61,044 nucleotides of DNA from Chloroflexota bacterium (GTDB taxonomy: Bacteria > Chloroflexota > Limnocylindria > QHBO01). Below the pieces are notes generated by a model. That model worked only from the letters and a program-made list of their open reading frames with translations. It was not told where the DNA came from and did no database searches. The position numbers were made by a program, and so were the translations under genes. The number at the start of each line of letters is the position of its first letter. Within the stretch, counting starts at the first letter, position 1. Shown piece after piece: positions 56,436 through 61,044 of the stretch. The stretch lies in NCBI GenBank assembly GCA_024636135.1, contig JAGXHP010000039.1:1-61044 (forward strand), written 5' to 3'.

Positions 56436-56708
56436 ATGCTCCCCGTCGTCTGGACCGTCTTTGCCGTTCTCGCGGTGGGCGGGTTCCTGGTGATCGCCGC
56501 CTACTGGCTCGACATCCAGGAGCGACCGGACCTCAGCGGCCGCGCGCGCATCGGATGGTCGTTCGCCGTCCTGCTGTTCCCCATCGCCATCCCGGCCTAC
56601 GCGTTCGCCGGTGGACCGGGCTGGCCGACGTTCCTGAAGGTGGCGAGCCTGGTGCCCGCGGCGGCGGTGGTGCTGTTCGGGGGCTTCGTGGTCGGAGCGT
56701 TCAGCTAA
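56436..56708 (+). CDS. Small 3-TM membrane protein (PLD-nuclease N-terminal-domain-like)
   Basis: 90 aa. The segment WSFAVLLFPIAIPAYAF resembles the PLDc_N family. It is the last gene of the operon, 10 nt after the upstream stop codon. Confidence 0.45.
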   Translation: MLPVVWTVFAVLAVGGFLVIAAYWLDIQERPDLSGRARIGWSFAVLLFPIAIPAYAFAGGPGWPTFLKVASLVPAAAVVLFGGFVVGAFS

Positions 56709-57249
56709 CTCGTCCGCGGCGGAACGCGAGCCATGACGCCACGACCATGAGTGCCACCGCGGCGAGGATCACCGCGGCCGGAACGGGCAGTCCGGCGTCA
56801 GCGTTCTCGTCAGCGTCGACCGGCGCGGCAAGCTCGAGCGGCGCTGCCACGCCCGGTTCGAGAATGACGTTGCCGGAGCACAGACCGCTGGTGTGAACGC
56901 CGTCGGCGATCGTGGTGAACACCAACCAGCGGTGCTCGGCGTCGAACGACATGCCGCATCCCGCACCGTCGCCGCCTGCGAGCACGTCGACGCGAAGGGC
57001 AATCGGACCCTTGGCCACGCCATCGACGGCGAACGTATAGACGGTCGTCGCGCCCATGGGCGGAGGGAGCCCGATGGGGCCGGGCTCGGCGCCGACGTCG
57101 CGTTGGGCGACGACGGTTCCGGCGAATGCCGCGTCGGCGAAGCCGGCCGCCTCCACCGGCGTCGACTGCATGCAGCTGCACGCGGCAGCTCGCTCCAGCG
57201 GAACGACCGAAATCCCGAGGACAAGCGCGACGGAGAGCAGGATCCTCAT
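56701..57249 (-). CDS. Secreted, C-terminally membrane-anchored protein with TIMP/NTR-like Cys-x-Cys N-terminus
   Basis: The real gene is the last 182 aa of ORF 56701-57990. The signal peptide is MRILLSVALVLGISVVPLERAAA, followed by a mature N-terminus CSC. Further cysteines fall at mature positions 75 and 101. The C-terminus is a TM helix plus RRGR. An alternative start at 57297 adds an RR-containing n-region. Confidence 0.6.
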   Translation of the reverse strand: MRILLSVALVLGISVVPLERAAACSCMQSTPVEAAGFADAAFAGTVVAQRDVGAEPGPIGLPPPMGATTVYTFAVDGVAKGPIALRVDVLAGGDGAGCGMSFDAEHRWLVFTTIADGVHTSGLCSGNVILEPGVAAPLELAAPVDADENADAGLPVPAAVILAAVALMVVASWLAFRRGRVS

Positions 57250-57303
57250 GTGGCTCGCCAGACGCCGTGGCGGGGCAATCGGTTGCATCGGGCGCATCCC
57301 GCT

Positions 57304-57309
57304 TATCAT
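57304..57309 (+). promoter_or_regulatory. -10 box TATCAT, leaderless M20 peptidase gene
   Basis: TATCAT lies 6 nt upstream of the ATG at 57316. TTGCAT (57283-57288) is a possible -35 with a 15-nt spacer. Confidence 0.35.
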
Positions 57310-57315
57310 CCGCCC

Positions 57316-58755
57316 ATGACGAGCCAGATTGACGCCCGCGCTGCCACGGCCGCGGCAACCGCTTATCTCCGCGAGCATGACGCGGAGCACCTCGCCCAGC
57401 TCGACGAGTTCCTGCGCATGCGGAGCGTGTCGGCCGACTCCGAATGCGCCGATGATGTGCGCCGCACGGCGCAGTGGATCGTTGATGAGCTGACGCGGCT
57501 GGAGATCGATCGGCCCACGCTCCACGAGACCTCGCATCATCCGATCGTGACGGGCGAGTGGATGGGCGCCGGAGCCGAGGCACCCACGGTGCTCGTCTAT
57601 TGCCACTACGACGTGCAGCCCCCGGACCCGCTGGACGAGTGGATCCGCCCGCCGTTCGAGCCGCGCCACGAGGAGGGCCGCGTCTACGCCCGGGGATCCG
57701 GTGATGACAAGGGCCAGCTCTTCATGCACCTCAAGGCGGTCGAGGCCTGGATGCGGACGGCCGGCAGCCTGCCGGTGAACCTTCGCTTCTTCTTCGAGGG
57801 CGACGAAGAGGTGGGCTCGGAGCCGATCGAACAGTTCATCGACGAGCACCCGGAGCTGCTGGCTGCCGATGTGTGCGTGGTGAGTGACGGCGATACGTTC
57901 GACGACGACGGCACCCCGGCCATCGGCTACGGACTGCGGGGCATCGCCTACTGGGAGGTCCGCGTTCAGGGGCCGCGCCACGACGTGCATTCGGGCCAGT
58001 ACGGGGGCGGAGTCGACAACCCCGCCAACGTGCTCGTCCGGATCCTGGCCTCGCTGACCGATGAGTCCGGCCGATTCACCGTTCCGGGGTTCTATGACCG
58101 CGTGCGCGACCTATCGAGCGAAGAGCGTGCGGCCTACGCGGCGCTGCCGTTCGATGAGGCTGCCTGGGCCGACGAGACCGGGATCCCGGCCGCCATGGAC
58201 GGCGAGCAGGGCCATTCGCTGCTCGAGCGACTCTCGGCGCGGCCGACGTTCGACATCAACGGCATCTCGGGCGGATACACCGGCGCCGGCGCCAAGACGA
58301 TCATTCCCGCCCGGGCCACGGCCAAGATCTCGACACGCCTCGTGCCGGACCAGGACTATCGCGAGATCGAGCAGCTGGTGAAGCGGCACATCGAGTCCCT
58401 CGCCCCGCCATCGGTGCAGGTCGAGGTGCACGTCGTGCACGGCGGCGCACCGGCGATCACCCCGCTCGACCATCCGGGCGTCGCACCGGCATCGCGCGCC
58501 CTCGAGGCGGGGTTCGGCAAGGCCCCGCTCTTCCAGCGCTCGGGTGGCTCGGTGCCGGTCGTTGCGGCCCTGGACGCACGCCTCGGCCTCAAGACGCTGA
58601 TGGTCGGTTTCGCCAACCCAACCGGCAACTTCCACGCGCCGAACGAATGGATCAGCCTGCGGAACCTCCGCGATGGGATGGCGTCACTCGTCCACCTGTG
58701 GGCGGAGCTCGGGATGATGCACAAGGACGAGCTCCGCGGCGACAGCCAGGAGTAG
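57316..58755 (+). CDS. M20-family metallopeptidase (dipeptidase-like)
   Basis: I start the gene at MTSQIDARA. The motif is YARGSGDDKGQLFMHL, and the protein has M20 catalytic and dimerisation domains. TATCAT lies 6 nt upstream of the ATG. Confidence 0.85.
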   Translation: MTSQIDARAATAAATAYLREHDAEHLAQLDEFLRMRSVSADSECADDVRRTAQWIVDELTRLEIDRPTLHETSHHPIVTGEWMGAGAEAPTVLVYCHYDVQPPDPLDEWIRPPFEPRHEEGRVYARGSGDDKGQLFMHLKAVEAWMRTAGSLPVNLRFFFEGDEEVGSEPIEQFIDEHPELLAADVCVVSDGDTFDDDGTPAIGYGLRGIAYWEVRVQGPRHDVHSGQYGGGVDNPANVLVRILASLTDESGRFTVPGFYDRVRDLSSEERAAYAALPFDEAAWADETGIPAAMDGEQGHSLLERLSARPTFDINGISGGYTGAGAKTIIPARATAKISTRLVPDQDYREIEQLVKRHIESLAPPSVQVEVHVVHGGAPAITPLDHPGVAPASRALEAGFGKAPLFQRSGGSVPVVAALDARLGLKTLMVGFANPTGNFHAPNEWISLRNLRDGMASLVHLWAELGMMHKDELRGDSQE

Positions 58756-58768
58756 GCGTCGCCAACGG

Positions 58769-58797
58769 TTGACGGCGGCACCGACCGCACGTACCGT
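58769..58797 (+). promoter_or_regulatory. Sigma-70-like promoter TTGACG-N17-TACCGT upstream of the HTH regulator gene
   Basis: The -35 is at 58769-58774 and the -10 at 58792-58797, with an exact 17-nt spacer. The leader to the ATG at 58850 would be about 45 nt and relatively AT-rich. Confidence 0.35.
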
Positions 58798-58849
58798 ACG
58801 CTGCGACATAGATTTCCACAGGTTCAGCGCCACCGTGACGACGCCCTCA

Positions 58850-59488
58850 ATGCCCGGCGACCCCGATGATCCGTGGCTGCCGCTGGGCGCGGCATCGCGC
58901 CTGGTGGGTGTTGGGCCCGACACGCTGCGTCGCTGGGCGGACACCGGCAAGGTCCAGAGCTACCAGACTCCTGGCGGTCATCGGCGTTTCCTGCGCTCGA
59001 GCCTCGAGGCGATGATCAACTCGCCACGACGGCATCGCTACGGAATGGAACGACTCCCCGACTCGGCGCGCACCATGGCCGGCGAGCTGCATCGGCGCAT
59101 GCAGCGCACCGGGTACGCCAGCCAGCCCTGGCAGGCGCGACTCAGCGCCGAGCAACGCGACGAGTTCCGCCGCTGGGGCCAGCGGACGTTCCAGCTGGTC
59201 ATCGAGTACGTGGCTGCGGCGAAGCGGGCCGAGCGCCAGATCCTCCTCGACGAGGCCGAGAAGATGGGAGGGCTCTACGGGGGCGAGGCGTCGCGCGCCG
59301 GCCTTTCGCTGGCCGAGACCGTTGAGGCGTTCCTCTTCTTCCGATCCCCGGTGCTGGACGCCATCACGGGACATCTGCGAAGGCGTTCGGCCGAAGCGGC
59401 GGACCTCACCACGGCGTTCCACGAAGCCAATGCGGCGATCGACCAGGTGCTGGTGTCGCTCGTCAACTCCCACCGCGATCGGGGCTAG
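58850..59488 (+). CDS. Excisionase/MerR-type HTH DNA-binding protein with helical C-terminal domain
   Basis: The HTH is LPLGAASRLVGVGPDTLRRWADTGKVQSYQTPGGHRRF. The C-terminal ~150 aa are helical and of unknown family. The start is uncertain; a GTG at 58835 is also possible. Confidence 0.6.
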   Translation: MPGDPDDPWLPLGAASRLVGVGPDTLRRWADTGKVQSYQTPGGHRRFLRSSLEAMINSPRRHRYGMERLPDSARTMAGELHRRMQRTGYASQPWQARLSAEQRDEFRRWGQRTFQLVIEYVAAAKRAERQILLDEAEKMGGLYGGEASRAGLSLAETVEAFLFFRSPVLDAITGHLRRRSAEAADLTTAFHEANAAIDQVLVSLVNSHRDRG

Positions 59489-59489
59489 C

Positions 59490-60614
59490 TCACTCGACCT
59501 CGATCAGCTCCGTGGATGTGGTATTGAGGCGAGTGCCACCCGACTCGGTGCATACCACGATGTCCTCGATCCGGGCTCCCCAGCGGCCGGACAGGTAGAT
59601 CCCGGGCTCGATGCTGAAGGCATTGCCGGCGACCAGCGGATCGGGGTTGGACGCCACGAGGTACGGCTCCTCGTGGGTCTCCATGCCGATCCCATGACCG
59701 GTGCGATGGATGAACGCGTCGCCGTACCCGGCGTCATCGATGATCCGGCGTGCCGTGGCGTCGATCTCGCTGCACGCCACGCCGGGCTGCACCGCAAGGC
59801 ACGCGGCGGCCTGCGCCTCGCGGAGCACGCCATACAGCGCGGCGACCTCGGCTGGCGGCTCCCCCACGAACGCGGTGCGTGACGTATCGCTGGCGTAGCC
59901 CGCGCGGCTTCCACCGATATCGAGCACGATCGCGTCCCCGGGTTCGATCATGCGGCTTCCCGGGACGTGGTGGGGGCTGGCCGAGTTCGGTCCGGATGCC
60001 ACGATCGCGAAACCCGCCGCCTCGTGGCCCGCCTCGATGAGCAGCTCGCGGATCCGCCTGCTGACGTCGATCTCGGTCCGACCCGACAGCCGCTCGGAGG
60101 TGATTGCCGACATGGCGGCGTCCGCCGCCGCCGCGGCCGCGCCAAGGCGCTCGACCTCGTCGGCGTCCTTGATCCGGCGCATGGCGCTCATCGCCGGCCC
60201 GGCCTCGACGAGCTCGGCGGGATCGAGCGCGGCTCGCAGGCGAAGGACGAACCTTGCCCACATCTGATCCTGCAGGCCGACGCGCAGTGCGCCGTCGAGA
60301 TACTGGCGGACCAGCCGGATCGGGTCATCCGTCTCGTCCCAGGGGATCAGCTCCACCTCGTCGGCCAGCTCCCCCAGCTCGTGTCGCGCCAAAGGCTCCT
60401 CGAGCCGGGGCAGGATCAGGGTCACCTCGCCCTCGGCCGGTACCACCAGGCATGTCAGGCGTTCGAGCGCGGGAGCCCCGTACCCGAGCAGGTAGGCGTA
60501 ATCGGGCGACGGCGTGATGAGCAGCGCATCAAGCCCGCGATCACGGGCCGCGGCAGCCGCTCCTGCCAGCCGTCGCCGATGCGTCGCGGGCGTGAACTCA
60601 GCCGAAGGGGTCAT
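59490..60614 (-). CDS. M24-family Xaa-Pro aminopeptidase/dipeptidase
   Basis: 374 aa. The metal ligand contexts are VLDIGG..AGYASD, HRTGHGIGMETHE and EPG/RIED, consistent with the pita-bread fold. Confidence 0.85.
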   Translation of the reverse strand: MTPSAEFTPATHRRRLAGAAAAARDRGLDALLITPSPDYAYLLGYGAPALERLTCLVVPAEGEVTLILPRLEEPLARHELGELADEVELIPWDETDDPIRLVRQYLDGALRVGLQDQMWARFVLRLRAALDPAELVEAGPAMSAMRRIKDADEVERLGAAAAAADAAMSAITSERLSGRTEIDVSRRIRELLIEAGHEAAGFAIVASGPNSASPHHVPGSRMIEPGDAIVLDIGGSRAGYASDTSRTAFVGEPPAEVAALYGVLREAQAAACLAVQPGVACSEIDATARRIIDDAGYGDAFIHRTGHGIGMETHEEPYLVASNPDPLVAGNAFSIEPGIYLSGRWGARIEDIVVCTESGGTRLNTTSTELIEVE

Positions 60615-60620
60615 GACCGA

Positions 60621-60626
60621 AGCCTA
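60621..60626 (-). promoter_or_regulatory. -10 box TAGGCT, leaderless M24 peptidase gene
   Basis: On the minus strand, TAGGCT lies 6 nt upstream of the ATG at 60614. Confidence 0.3.
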
Positions 60627-60799
60627 ACCGAATGAGGGCATTGCAAACGGTACTCCGACGGCCTGATGCTGGAGACGGCCTGCCGTGCGCGGCACGCCGT
60701 GAAGCGCGCCATGGACCTTTGGATGTTCGCCATCACGCCAGCCATTCGCGCGCCGCTGCGGCCAGCGCGGTCCGCCGTGGCATGTCGACGAGTCGATCG

Positions 60800-61044
60800 T
60801 CAGCTGCTGACCGCTTCGACCACGCGCAGCGCCACTTCGCTGCTCACGCCGTCGCGAATTCGCCAGGCGCGCAGCGCCGTCGGCGCATCGGCATCGCGGT
60901 CGACGAGCGTCGCGAGAACGTAGAACGCCTCGGGGTACTGTGCCGTGCGGCGGTCGGTGGCCGACGGCACCGCCGGCGAGGCCGTGTGCGAGTGGAAGAT
61001 CGCGACGAGGTCCTCTCCCGCATCCTCGATTCCGAACACGATCC
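60800..61044 (-). CDS. JAB1/MPN/Mov34 (JAMM) metalloprotease, C-terminal part (5' end beyond window)
   Basis: The JAMM motif is HSHTASPAVPSATD (HxH-x7-S-x2-D). The frame stays open to the window edge. Confidence 0.7.
   Translation of the reverse strand, partial: IVFGIEDAGEDLVAIFHSHTASPAVPSATDRRTAQYPEAFYVLATLVDRDADAPTALRAWRIRDGVSSEVALRVVEAVSS

Noticed and set aside
60666-60923. The 85-aa ORF (+) and a 44-codon minus-strand frame in the M24 peptidase / JAMM spacer, the latter as a possible ThiS/CysO-like carrier
   Set aside because: The plus ORF overlaps the JAMM gene's 3' end in antisense and is Arg/Ala-rich. The minus-strand frame uses many rare A/T-ending codons, lacks an SD, is too short and does not end in Gly-Gly.

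Overview
The window is a very GC-rich, gene-dense stretch of chromosome. It is probably actinobacterial: it has a Kgd-type fused E2/E1 2-oxoglutarate dehydrogenase, and many genes have a TAnnnT box 6-9 nt upstream of the start codon. I call about 59 protein-coding genes. I see no rRNA, tRNA, CRISPR array, transposase, integrase or prophage signature, so this looks like core genome rather than an island.

Housekeeping content:
- pxpABC (5-oxoprolinase)
- kgd, thrC, thrB and an aspartokinase-like gene
- mgtE, an ABC-F ATPase, gltX, upp and arsC
- mdh and gltA, translationally coupled
- a cbs-like / mmsA / metB-like cluster, and lgt
- M20 and M24 peptidases

Signalling proteins are over-represented:
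- a roughly 1,790-aa soluble kinase with 7 GAF and 2 PAS domains, followed by a REC-only gene
- a cyclase-homology-domain-REC-LuxR fusion
- a zinc-ribbon-cyclase-STAND-TPR protein
- a second GAF kinase with a REC-only partner
- an MFS transporter fused to a cyclic-nucleotide-binding domain

Most noteworthy observations:
- A perfect CRP-type palindrome (TGTGA-N6-TCACA) sits next to the -35 position of an apparently leaderless lgt promoter. The neighbouring divergent operon (MFS, PlsC-like acyltransferase, MFS-cNMP, small membrane protein) resembles an LplT/Aas lysophospholipid-repair module with a cNMP input.
- A secreted, membrane-anchored protein has a mature N-terminus of Cys-Ser-Cys and cysteine spacing like the TIMP/NTR fold.
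- Two unannotated small ORFs: a 57-aa ORF with a strong SD upstream of mgtE, and a 31-aa ORF exactly coupled between gltA and an MBL hydrolase.

Nothing here amounts to a clearly novel multi-gene system. All functional calls rest on motif recognition by eye, and no database search was possible.
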